Positions 40,075 through 50,677 of a stretch of DNA of 64,000 nucleotides are shown piece by piece. Within the stretch, counting starts at the first letter, position 1. Each line of letters begins with the position of its first letter. The position numbers and the translations under genes are program-made. The DNA comes from Bigelowiella natans CCMP2755 (taxonomy: Eukaryota > Protista > Cercozoa). The notes under the pieces are model-generated. The model made no database searches. It had not been told where the DNA came from and saw only the letters and a program-made list of their open reading frames with translations. The stretch lies in assembly GCA_000320545.1 (NCBI GenBank), contig ADNK01000555.1, positions 33,335 through 97,334 on the forward strand. Direction: 5' to 3'.

Positions 40075-43000
40075 TCATCGCTTTCGGAACTTCACCAACC
40101 ACCAGGTAATAGATTCCTCTCTAACCTTATCTCCTTTGTCGCTTACCCAGAACTCACCTTCGTCCTTAGGTTCGTGTCCATACCAGCCCTCTGCATCAAG
40201 GTCCCCCAGGACCTTATACCAGTGCTCAAAGGGTAAGTCGGGAACAGCTAGGTAGAGTAGCTGATATTTTCCGTCCTTTATTTTCATAGCTACCCTCTCC
40301 ATATTTCGTAATCCAGGGTAGCCTAGATAGACAATCTTCATGCGCCAATCGTCGTTCACCCTGACCTTATTGTTTCCATATTCCACATCGAACTTAGGTC
40401 GGGGTCCTAAACAAGGCATTGCTCGCTCCCACACAGTAGGGTTTACTTTAACATCCTCTAGGAGCTTCTCACCGATATCATAATTCTTTAGGTGACTGAT
40501 GTGGCGCAAGGTGACCCTGTTCCCATCATAGATGTAGTACTGCTTCCTCCCCTTCCTCTCGGTAACCTTTGCAACGCCACCCCAGAAGGGGTCTTGTTTA
40601 TTTCTCGATCTCAGATTTACCTTGGCCCTAACATACTGTCCTTCCTTTAGAACTCGGCCATCGTACGGGACCTTCTCGTCTTCGCTCTCGGTATCGTCGT
40701 CGTTGTCGTCGCCTTCTTCCCTCTCCTTATCCTTGATACCTCCCCCAGACGTGAAGGTGTCGTTTACTAACCCTTGTATCTTGTCTGGTGTGGTGCTATT
40801 TATCCTGCTTAGGTTGGCCAAGGTGCGGTGGAGTCGCTCTACCTTGGAGTTGGACTGGGCATAGTATACAGGTGAGGCATCAATATTAGGGTGTGGTAGC
40901 TGTAGAAGAGAGGTCTCATTATCCACATGTAACTTCTTTGGTATCTTGTTTATGCTAACTTCATCAGGGATAGCCTGGAGCTCAGACTCCCAGGTACGGT
41001 AGCAGTTAGTAAGCCTCTGCTTATATAAGCCTTTGTTCTTCTTAGCAACGTTGACCTTGATAATCTTTTTAACCCAGCACTTTCCAGTGGCCACATCAAC
41101 GAAGGTAAGGTAGTGATAGCCATCGTACTTATAAACATCAATTTGCACGATATCTAAGAAGTTCCTTGCTTTGATTTTCTTAGATGCACGGCTCTTGCTG
41201 GACTCCTTGGTGGCGACGCCTGCCGCCTTCAAGCTGGAGCACCTGCAGCCACGCAGGTATGTCCTTATCTCTTTTAGCTTGTAGGGCCAGTAGTAATGGT
41301 AGAGTAGAGCAGTGATATGGTTTTCTCCTACGTGTGCAGGTCCATGGGCGGTAAAGAGAAGGGCTCCCCTGGTCCGCCGTGGCACGTAGGTACGCCTAAC
41401 ATTATTAGTGTATACATATATCCTATCACTAAGTACCTCATGCTTGTGTTTGTATTTATCCAGGTGTTCTTGAAGGTGCTGGAGCTCCTCTGGCTCAGGC
41501 AGGAAGTCGCCGTCCTCGAAGGTAATCGCGTTAACCATAGGGGTGACCTGGGTAGGGACTTTCTTTTCGAACAGCCTGCTGAAATAGTCAGCAAGCTGCT
41601 TGTCTCCTGGTGCGTAGACCACTGTCCTCTTGTCCCTAAACTCTTCCGTGTCCGCCCTCATAGCTGCATACTCATCGTTAGGCGCTTCGAGCTTGCGGTC
41701 GATGCCTAGGAGGGGCTTGTGGTCAGTCATTAAGGTGAAGCTGGGCACCGACAGCAGGTAGTATCTTAGTTTCCTCTGCGCCTCAGTCATGGCTTTATAC
41801 TCTCCTTTTGTAGGGCTGTACTTGGCCTCAGCTGCTGTGCAGGCCCTGCCCCACACCCGTATGATCTGCTGGTCTTGGGTAAGTACAGCAGCCATACCTA
41901 GCTTAGACCAGTCTGTCCATAGGGTAGCTGGTCTAGTAGTGTCTAGCTTAGCATTCAATAGGGTGTTGCTGCATAACTTTATTAGGTTATCGAAGTGGGC
42001 ATCAAGGCCAGCCTTGGCCCACACCTTAGCGAAGCTGAGGCCTACAGAGTTCTCCTTCCGGTAAGCAGTAGTAAAAGCAGCTGCAGTCCTAGCGTAGGTA
42101 GGGGAGAACCTACGTAGTATCCAAGCTGCAGTCTGCAAGAATGACTTTAACTCCTTTGCATTCTTAGGTTTAGGGGCTTGCTGTAGTGCTGCTACTTTCT
42201 CGGGGTTTGGGGTGATGCGGCCTTGCTCCAGGTAATATCCACACCACTTGATTCTTGTAGCTAGGAATGTACACTTCTGCAGTCTAATAGTAAAACCGAA
42301 GTGTGCAAACCTAATAAATATATTTTCCAGGAGGAAGATCTGAGCGACGACTGTGTTGGTACATATTATGTCATCATCCACATACACAAACACAAACACC
42401 CACAACACAGACGCCATCCCATCATGTGTGTATGCCCTGTAGTTCTGACTACTGAACGCATCCCCTGATATGCTTAGGCCGTAAGGGAATACGACGAAGT
42501 GCCACTTCCTGTGCCTGCTGGAGAACGCAGTAATGGGGCGGGAGGTTTTGTGGATGGGTGTCTGCATGTATGATTCATTTTTATCTAGGGAAGAGTAGTA
42601 TTTGTATCCTATGACGTGTTCAATAACGTCATCTATCCTTGGTGTAGGTGTCTGGATCCTCTTTATTACTCGGTTGTGGCGGATGAAGTTGTGCGCCAGG
42701 CGGAAGAAAGGGTAAGTAGGTTTCTTAGCTAGCACATGTCTCACGTTCCATGGTGAGTTGCTTGGCTCTATCTTCCCTTCCTTTGCCCATTCATTGATCT
42801 GCCACTCTATCTTTTCCCAGTCCGCTTCCGGTCGCCTATGTTCTGGGTCATTGATGATGCACTCTTCGTATCCCTTCTTTAGCTCGATCTTTACTGGGGT
42901 AAGCTTGCTGGAGGGCTTCGTCGTCGGCTTGGTGATGTCAGAGTACTTCTCGTTTAATATTTTATTAATGTACTTTTTGCCTTTGTCGATATCCCAATCA

Positions 43001-45048
43001 TCAGCTGGGGGGGTCTTGTCCAGTAGCTCCGTTATCTGTCGGATGGTCTTGCCGGGGTTCTTCTTCCGTAGCTCGGTAGGTGTAGGTAGCTTGTTGTCCG
43101 CTAGGTCCATAAACTCTAACGCATTAACGCTTGACTCAGAGGTCCACTCGTCAAGCCGTATCATGTTCTGGCTGATGGTCCTGCCTGACTTCTTTGGCAA
43201 CTTAGCAAAGTATATCTTGTGATTGTAGAATGATATGATCCCCCCTAATTTTTCTAGGGCATCCTGTCCGAGGAGTAGTTCCATGGATAAAGTCATGGCT
43301 ACTCGGGTCTTGATTTGGGTCTCCGCGTCGCTGCCAGGTATCTGTAGCTTTAGCATTAGCTCACCGACGGTCTTCATGGAAGAGCTTCCGTCTGCTTGAG
43401 CATATTTACGTTCTTTCTTAGTCACTTGATCCAATAGTCCTAACCTTCTTACTGTGCTTAGGCTTATGAAGGACTTCGGCATGCTGCCACTATCCCAAAG
43501 GGCAGGTAGTTTCTTGTAGTCTCCGTAGCTGTCTTTAACTTTAACCTTGGTCATAGCAACTTTGATAGTCCTGTTAGCGTCTTCGTCATTAATGTTGCAT
43601 ACTCCTAAGTTCTTTATGTCGTCTAGGGTCATGGGCTTGTCTTGGTCCTGCGTTGCTGGTACTGCTGTCTTCGTCGGCGCCTGCTTAAGGTGATCTAATA
43701 TTCCGTTTATCTGCTGCTGTATAGCATTGATACTGTTCTGCTTTTTGTTCTTATATTTATTGTTCTTCCCGTTGTTGCTGCCTTGCCATTTGCTGTTGTT
43801 ATATCCTTGTCCTCTGCCTTTCTTTCTCTTTAACTTCTCGTAGTGTTCGTTGAGCTGCCTGATCGTCATCCTGGGTCGTCCTTCTTTCCTGTCTCTGCAG
43901 TCTTTAGCGGTGTGTTTCCCTTTACGTGAGCAGTATCCGCAACGTCGGTTACCTTCCCTGTCCTTGTACCAGTTTCGCTGCGGCTTAATAGCGTTAATGT
44001 TTCCTATGCCAGGTACCTTAGGGCTGGTAAACTTGCGGTCCTGCTCCTGCTCGCGTAGGGATATAGCCTGCACTGCTGCCTCCATCGTGGTGTAGCCTTT
44101 CTCCGTAACGTAAGTGGATTCCTTTATCTTTAACTTGAACTCTTCAAACCTTGCCTGATCATCACCTGTGTTGTAATTAAAATCATGTAGTTCGTCGATC
44201 ATATCCTGGAAGCGCGTGGCAAAGTCTCTAACAGGTTCTCTCTCATGCTGCATCATTGCTCTGTATTTTCTAATAGCCTGGGGTAGGGAGTTAGCATCCT
44301 GTTCATTTACAAAAGCCTTCATTATCGCCTCAACGTCTCGTAGCCCACTAACTGTAGTGTGTATTTTCTCTAGCTGCCTGATCCGGGTCCTGCCTGTCTC
44401 GTAAAGGTCCATGGCTTGCTTTATTATAGCTAGCCATTTGAGCTTGTCGTTTTCGGTGGGGTTAGGGGTAAAGTCGCAGAGTATACTCCTAGCGTTCTTC
44501 CACCACCTCCTTGCCTCACCTCTTTTCCCGTTGTATTTCGTTATCATAACCGGTGCTGTTTTAACAGACATGAACTGGGTGTTCCGCTGTACCGGCTGCT
44601 GCTGCTTGACGGTGCTCTGGGTCGTCCCCCGCGAGGCGCCCAGACCCCCGTCGTTCCTAAACAAAGCTGCCCACTCTGGAGGTAAGTCTGCTTCGTAATC
44701 CATGATGTCCTGCATGATAGCTGCCCAAACATCATGTGTCTGATACTTGTATTCTATCGATACTTTCAGTTTGGCGTAGTTGCTCGCCCTGGGTCGCAAG
44801 GCTCGTAATGCCATTACGACCTTCTTGCTTTCGGCGGCCACGTCCTCGTCGTCCGCCTCGTAGAAGTTCTCCAGTGCCTCTGCTGCTGCATCTGCTTTCT
44901 TAATCCCGGGTGCTGGTCCCGGCGGTGCCTGTGGAGGTGTTCCTCCTCCTTCCTTAGCGTCCGTATCGCCCTTCCTTTCCTGTTTCTGCTCGTGCCCTTG
45001 CACGGCCTGCGAGCCAAAGTCCTGCTGTTCTTCTAGCTGCTGTGACAT
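40075..45048 (-). CDS. Gag-Pol polyprotein (1657 aa): Gag, zinc knuckle, aspartic protease, RT, RNase H, integrase, extra C-terminal domain
   Basis: CGYCSRKGKHTAKDC knuckle (43897-43941), ALWDSGS protease, SSLDKNESY/FPYGL/YVDD RT, WTDWS...TDHKPL...ADYFSR RNase H, H-H-C-C, QID/HVDN/KVERL integrase, and an SH3-like GQYV...FWGG...HISHLK module. Uninterrupted. Confidence 0.97.
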   Translation of the reverse strand: MSQQLEEQQDFGSQAVQGHEQKQERKGDTDAKEGGGTPPQAPPGPAPGIKKADAAAEALENFYEADDEDVAAESKKVVMALRALRPRASNYAKLKVSIEYKYQTHDVWAAIMQDIMDYEADLPPEWAALFRNDGGLGASRGTTQSTVKQQQPVQRNTQFMSVKTAPVMITKYNGKRGEARRWWKNARSILCDFTPNPTENDKLKWLAIIKQAMDLYETGRTRIRQLEKIHTTVSGLRDVEAIMKAFVNEQDANSLPQAIRKYRAMMQHEREPVRDFATRFQDMIDELHDFNYNTGDDQARFEEFKLKIKESTYVTEKGYTTMEAAVQAISLREQEQDRKFTSPKVPGIGNINAIKPQRNWYKDREGNRRCGYCSRKGKHTAKDCRDRKEGRPRMTIRQLNEHYEKLKRKKGRGQGYNNSKWQGSNNGKNNKYKNKKQNSINAIQQQINGILDHLKQAPTKTAVPATQDQDKPMTLDDIKNLGVCNINDEDANRTIKVAMTKVKVKDSYGDYKKLPALWDSGSMPKSFISLSTVRRLGLLDQVTKKERKYAQADGSSSMKTVGELMLKLQIPGSDAETQIKTRVAMTLSMELLLGQDALEKLGGIISFYNHKIYFAKLPKKSGRTISQNMIRLDEWTSESSVNALEFMDLADNKLPTPTELRKKNPGKTIRQITELLDKTPPADDWDIDKGKKYINKILNEKYSDITKPTTKPSSKLTPVKIELKKGYEECIINDPEHRRPEADWEKIEWQINEWAKEGKIEPSNSPWNVRHVLAKKPTYPFFRLAHNFIRHNRVIKRIQTPTPRIDDVIEHVIGYKYYSSLDKNESYMQTPIHKTSRPITAFSSRHRKWHFVVFPYGLSISGDAFSSQNYRAYTHDGMASVLWVFVFVYVDDDIICTNTVVAQIFLLENIFIRFAHFGFTIRLQKCTFLATRIKWCGYYLEQGRITPNPEKVAALQQAPKPKNAKELKSFLQTAAWILRRFSPTYARTAAAFTTAYRKENSVGLSFAKVWAKAGLDAHFDNLIKLCSNTLLNAKLDTTRPATLWTDWSKLGMAAVLTQDQQIIRVWGRACTAAEAKYSPTKGEYKAMTEAQRKLRYYLLSVPSFTLMTDHKPLLGIDRKLEAPNDEYAAMRADTEEFRDKRTVVYAPGDKQLADYFSRLFEKKVPTQVTPMVNAITFEDGDFLPEPEELQHLQEHLDKYKHKHEVLSDRIYVYTNNVRRTYVPRRTRGALLFTAHGPAHVGENHITALLYHYYWPYKLKEIRTYLRGCRCSSLKAAGVATKESSKSRASKKIKARNFLDIVQIDVYKYDGYHYLTFVDVATGKCWVKKIIKVNVAKKNKGLYKQRLTNCYRTWESELQAIPDEVSINKIPKKLHVDNETSLLQLPHPNIDASPVYYAQSNSKVERLHRTLANLSRINSTTPDKIQGLVNDTFTSGGGIKDKEREEGDDNDDDTESEDEKVPYDGRVLKEGQYVRAKVNLRSRNKQDPFWGGVAKVTERKGRKQYYIYDGNRVTLRHISHLKNYDIGEKLLEDVKVNPTVWERAMPCLGPRPKFDVEYGNNKVRVNDDWRMKIVYLGYPGLRNMERVAMKIKDGKYQLLYLAVPDLPFEHWYKVLGDLDAEGWYGHEPKDEGEFWVSDKGDKVREESITWWLVKFRKR

Positions 45049-45064
45049 TGTTAGTCAAATCGTT

Positions 45065-45082
45065 TCCCGTGTGTGGAAGCCA
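45065..45082 (-). other. Candidate tRNA primer-binding site of copy 1 (also 61258-61275 in copy 2)
   Basis: TGGCTTCCACACACGGGA starts 5 nt after the 5' LTR. Its complement ends in ...GGAAG-CCA like a tRNA 3' end. It is not the iMet PBS. Confidence 0.6.
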
Positions 45083-45087
45083 AAGGT

Positions 45088-45413
45088 TGTTGCGCGTAAG
45101 GTGTTCACAGGCCGAGGCGCTACGTGCACAAGTAGGCAGGGGGGGGGAAAGGCACGTTTGCTTCCTTTTGAAGAGTTGTGTTTATTTTTATTAAAGATTA
45201 TATTTTTATTAAATCGTGCACTGCGTAATCATTCGCGAAGCTTTCGCGAATGCCGCCGCACGTGGGGCAGCACACTTCCGGTGTGCTGCCATGAGTCCCG
45301 CCGGAACCCACGTGCCTATGCTGTATTAATATCTACGTTATCTATATTCTATATCCGCGACAACCCCTTTGTTGTCGCACGTGACTTGTGCCCGCGTAGT
45401 GGTACGCGCTACA
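45088..45413 (-). repeat. 5' LTR of copy 1
   Basis: Identical by eye to 39698-40023 and, in reverse complement, to 60927-61252. Confidence 0.96.
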
Positions 45414-46030
45414 TGAAGTTGCACTCGCAAGCTCAAGCACAGCTAGCATGTTCACTCCAACCAGAGGGACCACAGCTAGCACAGGGGGGTTCATGATGAA
45501 GCCTCATGTGGAGGAGACTCAGAACTGCAGGTTTGCCAAACGACAAGCCAACTGGCCCCATTCTTTTCACGTGGAAATGCGAACCATTGTTGGGTCCTTT
45601 CTGCGTGTTTGTTGGCCGAGAAACGCACGCTCGTGCACACGTGCTCAAGTGCGCGCATCGCACTGACTTGTGGAGTCACAATGCACACACATCAAATGCA
45701 TGCACTGCCACGCGTGACATTCAGTGTGAAATCATTGACAAGTGGCACCACACACGAAGCGTGCTAGCGAGTGCAGCTGCCATGATGCAGCGCACGCACT
45801 GAACATCTAGCTAGATGTGCGTGTGCGTGCACAAGCTCGCGACCAGCGATGCAAAACCGCAATGGATGCAAATTGTGTGCAATCGCATCCAGTTTTTGCA
45901 ATGTTGATGCTTTTGATCGCTGCATGCATACTGCTAGATGTGCACACATTCGTTTCAACGTTGCTGCCATTGGACACCGCTAGACCGTCCAATGAGCGTC
46001 GAGTGCCGTGTGGACTCGAGCAGGTGATGT
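45414..46030. other. TpA-depleted flank of copy 1 (right half of island 3)
   Basis: Hand count: 8 TA in about 617 bp, 7 of them CTAG. Confidence 0.85.
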
Positions 46031-46156
46031 TGTGTAAACCTTTCGATCAATCTAAACTGGCTCCAGTGATCGTCCCTAAATGAAAACCATTGAATGAATG
46101 ATCACATTTCCTTTTCTAGCTTTTGTAAAAGTGGATGTAATTGGCGTAAATTTTGT

Positions 46157-46575
46157 TCATAGTTCGGAGTGGAGAATACCATAGCATGGATCGCAAACAC
46201 GAACGGGAGACGAAAACCTGCAAGAGAAAGCCAAAAGGTACAAATTAGTGCTAAACAGTAAAACTCTTCTAAGAATTTTTTTCTCGCATCATCAATCAAA
46301 CGTGCATCCCATGAACGAATAGAATCATCATTTCACTAGTACGACCCATGTTCCACAACAGGGATTCTGTGAGATGAACACATGCTGCAGAAGATCCCTC
46401 CGCACTGCCTGCAATGATGCCGCCTCACACTGATAGAAAAAGCTTTCTTGCATCTCTCACAACTTTTAACTTGCTCGTCTTTCCTCCAATGCCTCACCTC
46501 ACCTTGACCAATGTATAAAACATTTTATTGACGCATATCTGATTTTAACAACACTCGCAGACACGATTATACCCC

Positions 46576-46640
<65 letters not shown>

Positions 46641-47750
46641 TTATTTATAGTGTGCAATTAGTAAACCTTTGGTACTCTGTTTCGCCTTTGAAATCTTCTG
46701 AAGATTCTTCTGTTTACCCGCAAACCTACAACCATTCACGTAACCACGCGTTATTAAGATACTGAAATAAACACCGATATGCTGCATATTATTTGAGCAA
46801 ATTAAGAGTGTGTACGCAAATGTCTGACCTTGAGCCAAAGAGGAGCTGCACACCCGAAATTTCTGCTACTTCCGTTGCTTTGGAGTTTTGGACACTGCTG
46901 CTGCTGCTGCTAGAAATGTTCCCGTCTTTGCCTATCGCGACGTTTATCCGTTTTTTCGTCAACCCTATGAGCAACCATTTCAATCAATCGGTAGAGCACC
47001 GGTAAATCATCAACTCTTCCCCACAGAGAAGAATCAGTACGTTTGCAAGAATTAAAGATAACATCTTCCAGTTTGCTATATGCATACACCAGAGCATATT
47101 GTTTTACCCGCGTTGGATGATGCATTTATTGGCCTTTTTCCGGTTGGTGATTGCGCTTCCGATGACGTCGATTCGCGATGAAAGCAAAATATGGTTTCAA
47201 TCACAGAACAATTCTGAAAAAGCACAAGAAGAAATCGTTTAAATTAGTACCCAATACTAGTCACATGCATCCCCGCGCCACAAATGATATAGAAAAAGGA
47301 ATGAATTCCGTGAAAGAGTACGAATTTATCCCACGTTGCTTACTTACGTTTAACACATCAATTGTGAGATCAGAGCAAACCTAGTTAAGGAGTATAAACA
47401 AACAGGAAGCCATATGAGTGTTTGTGCGCAGGGATGAGTGTAAGCAAGTAAAGCTAGAAACAAGAGTATTATCAAGAGCTATTGCTCCTCTTATTCCTTT
47501 CACTGACTTGAGGATGGTTCGCCCTGAAATCTCGGGAGAGATGCGCCTAATGTTATCGCGCCATATAAATGTAGAGAACTATAAATCAGGGGAACATTAA
47601 TTCTTTTGGCTCAGTTTATTGTAGAATATAGGTAATACATATTTGAATTCACCATAGATTTAGTGCATAACTGCAATACGAATTCAGACCTTGAAAAGCT
47701 CCCTGAAGAAGTGGCTATGGCCGACCAGTATGATCTAAAAGTTCGTGACA

Positions 47751-47788
<38 letters not shown>

Positions 47789-48467
47789 GTACACAATTAG
47801 AAAATACGCAACTAAAGAAATTTGCAGATGGCTAGTGAAAGGAAAAAAAGAAGGATAAGGGAGAGGAGAAAGAAGAAACCTTTGAGTATGGGCAGAACTG
47901 TATCACGGAAAGCAAATCGTCCATACGCTCCTTAACTTCATTCATTTCTGATCCCAAAACACCGCAGGGTTATTCTGATAACAGGAAGGATTCTAAACTC
48001 TCGATTCACGCAAATCAAGAACGTACCTTCCGCAGCTTCGCTCCACCAGGCGTCGGTCGCATCCGAAACATCCACATACTTCGATGCCTCTGTAATCTAA
48101 ATATTGAGAATGAAGAACTTGAGTGCAGAAAGGAAGAAGGAAATGCGGTCGCTGTGCGCGGAAGAGAAATCTATTTGGGTTGAACGCCGTTATTCTCTTC
48201 TCCCCCCCCCCTTCCCCCTCTCCTTCTCTCTGGATGATTTATGAATACGTTGGAATTTTATGATAATGATTTAGTTGTTAAAATGAATGAAATGCAACAC
48301 CTCTTTCCAGACTTCTGGCTCTAAGGTTCCGCTAGTTGAAGACTGCCAAACGGTTACAAGACAACAACGCAATAAATTATCAGCTCAGGCTCGTACAACC
48401 ACGTGCACAGCATTAGAGTTAGACGACAACACAATGAATCAACTATACAAAACATTAATACTCTTTC

Positions 48468-48504
<37 letters not shown>

Positions 48505-50286
48505 TCTTTCTCTCTCCCCCTCTCGCTCTCAGGTATAACTTCTACATACTGTTTGGACAGGTACCGGATCCACATTCATCGGTGCACCCGATATGCGTTC
48601 AAGTGCCCTTTTGACTATCTCTGAGCCCTGTGCCGTCGCCTGAGAACGAGGGAAGAGACATATTTGAAAAAATTAAACGGGCAATCATGGAATATCTCAA
48701 TCATGCTGAGATTAAGTGTTTGAGTGTAAATCGAACGACACATGTATGCATCCTCACACACATACACACACACACACACACCCACACACAACACACATTA
48801 GATATCATATTGAGAAAGATGGAGGGGGGGGAGGAAGGGGAAGATACGGGAGGAAGATACGGGAGGAAGATAGTATTATAAGACAGTCACTTACAGCCGT
48901 GTCTCTGCTCGCACCAGAGTTTCTCTTCTCTCGTACCGACGCTAAGAGGGTCTAGAGAAACATTAGAATTTAGACTGATGAAGCAAGGGAATTCTGTATT
49001 GGTATATCATCGTTGCTCGTTTGTGGTCGTTCTGAAGTATACAGTTGGTGGCAAGATTACAATTTTCAGGTTGTGTCCCAGCTTTATCTGAGCTCTTTTC
49101 GGTTTCACAAGGTGATGCCTACGGATCGGAACGAAGTGCGAATATAATAATAAAAAAATTGCTTATACTAAATTGTGTAGCAATATGACAGAGTCCATCA
49201 AGTAGACTTACTTATAGTATTGTGTTCGCAATATATATGAGTTCAGTAAATACGCTACCGTCTCCGCCGAGCTTTGAGAACAAGGTTCTGCTGCTTTTTC
49301 TCCTCTGATTGCAATGGAAATTTGGTTTTGTACAAATTGAAACGAATATACTTACATATAAGAAACGTACCCATGGAGTTCAGCACACCGACCCCGCCTT
49401 GCTCGTGGATGATGAACTATGTTTATTTATACAGACATATTTCAATACATATGCATAAACATACCAAGGAATGAATGCAAACCCTTGTAATTAAAAAAGA
49501 GGGGGGAAATACACAATGCAACACAACAAACGATAAACAATGTACGAGGTACCACCTACCGATTCCCTCTTTCCCCTAGAGCTGTTGGACGACAACTTTG
49601 ATTCATTCTGATGGCAAGTAGTATATATGTGTGTGTCTTCTTCGTGTACGCATGAAGAGGAAGAGCAACTACAATCCACGATCATCAACTCTTCTTTTTG
49701 CAGATGCTCATGATAAGAATCATTATTCAACCTTCGTTTTCGTCAGCAGAGGATGGCCTCTTAAAGCTATGAGCGTCGTTTGTAATGCTCGCGCTTTTCA
49801 CAATACCAACAAGACAGAAACCTCAGCGTTAAACTGCGGCGATATCAAAGGATGCGTAAAGTCTCCTCCCCTCTCCCGTTGTCCTCCCTCCCCTCTCTCT
49901 TTGTCTTTCTTTTCATAAGCATGCTCAAGGTTCAGATACCTAGCGGCGATGAAAATATCATTTCTGCATCGAGAAATCCCCTGTTATGGTTGACCGCACA
50001 CACACAAAACCCAACGCACATGAGCTCGGGGAAGGACATGTTTCTCAAGCAACCCCCAGGAGAGTAATATTAAGAGTACAAAAGTGCGCATGTCTGCGCT
50101 TGCTGTCACGGTGATTTTGAGGTTAGATGAGTTCAAATGAATGGATGTAAGTCATCGTAATCCAACACAACCTCGTTGCTCTATCTAATCGATTTCGTCT
50201 TGTCTGAGAATCACAAACCAAAGTCAAGTTAATGTTGATTTCTGTGCCCTTCGAATGATACCCTTGTGCGTGTGTGTGTGCGTGTG

Positions 50287-50329
<43 letters not shown>

Positions 50330-50449
50330 AGATATCTATCAACGACCTCGTTCGCTATCTTGTCCGACAACTGAAGGGCCTGCATTACCCCTATGGAACG
50401 AAGAAATTTTAGACCCTCGCATATTTTGATAACATAACGTATGTATCAC

Positions 50450-50493
<44 letters not shown>

Positions 50494-50632
50494 TACATTT
50501 TATTTGTGTGGGTGGGCTTTTAAATATAAATAAATTAAGATACCGTCCATTTCTTTGCGTTTCACAAGTGTTGATATGGCATGAATTTGAGCTATGGAGC
50601 AACCATATTTTGTGCATCCCCTGCTGCTGTGT

Positions 50633-50677
<45 letters not shown>

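Larger units (their letters stand above)
39698..45413 (-). mobile_element. Complete Ty3/Gypsy LTR retrotransposon, copy 1 (5716 bp)
   Basis: Two 326-bp LTRs (39698-40023, 45088-45413), identical by eye, with TG...CA ends. 4-bp target-site duplication TGAA (39694-39697 and 45414-45417). Single gag-pol ORF in PR-RT-RH-IN order. Confidence 0.97.

Noticed and set aside
39693-40255. Antisense ORFs over the LTRs (125-141 aa; also 45071-45496 and 60889-61269) and antisense ORFs inside pol
   Set aside because: Non-ATG starts, they run across element boundaries, and they recur only because the element is repeated. No evidence for an env or accessory gene.
40075-40460. Chromodomain or tyrosine recombinase (DIRS identity) at the Pol C-terminus
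   Set aside because: No chromodomain pattern or RHRY tetrad. Direct LTRs, a TSD, protease and DDE integrase define a Ty3/Gypsy element.
39300-45440. Short inverted match (ACTCGCAAGCT) on the two sides of copy 1 suggesting an older TIR element
   Set aside because: Only 11 bp, with no terminal structure or TSD. Chance matches are likely in low-complexity TA-free sequence.
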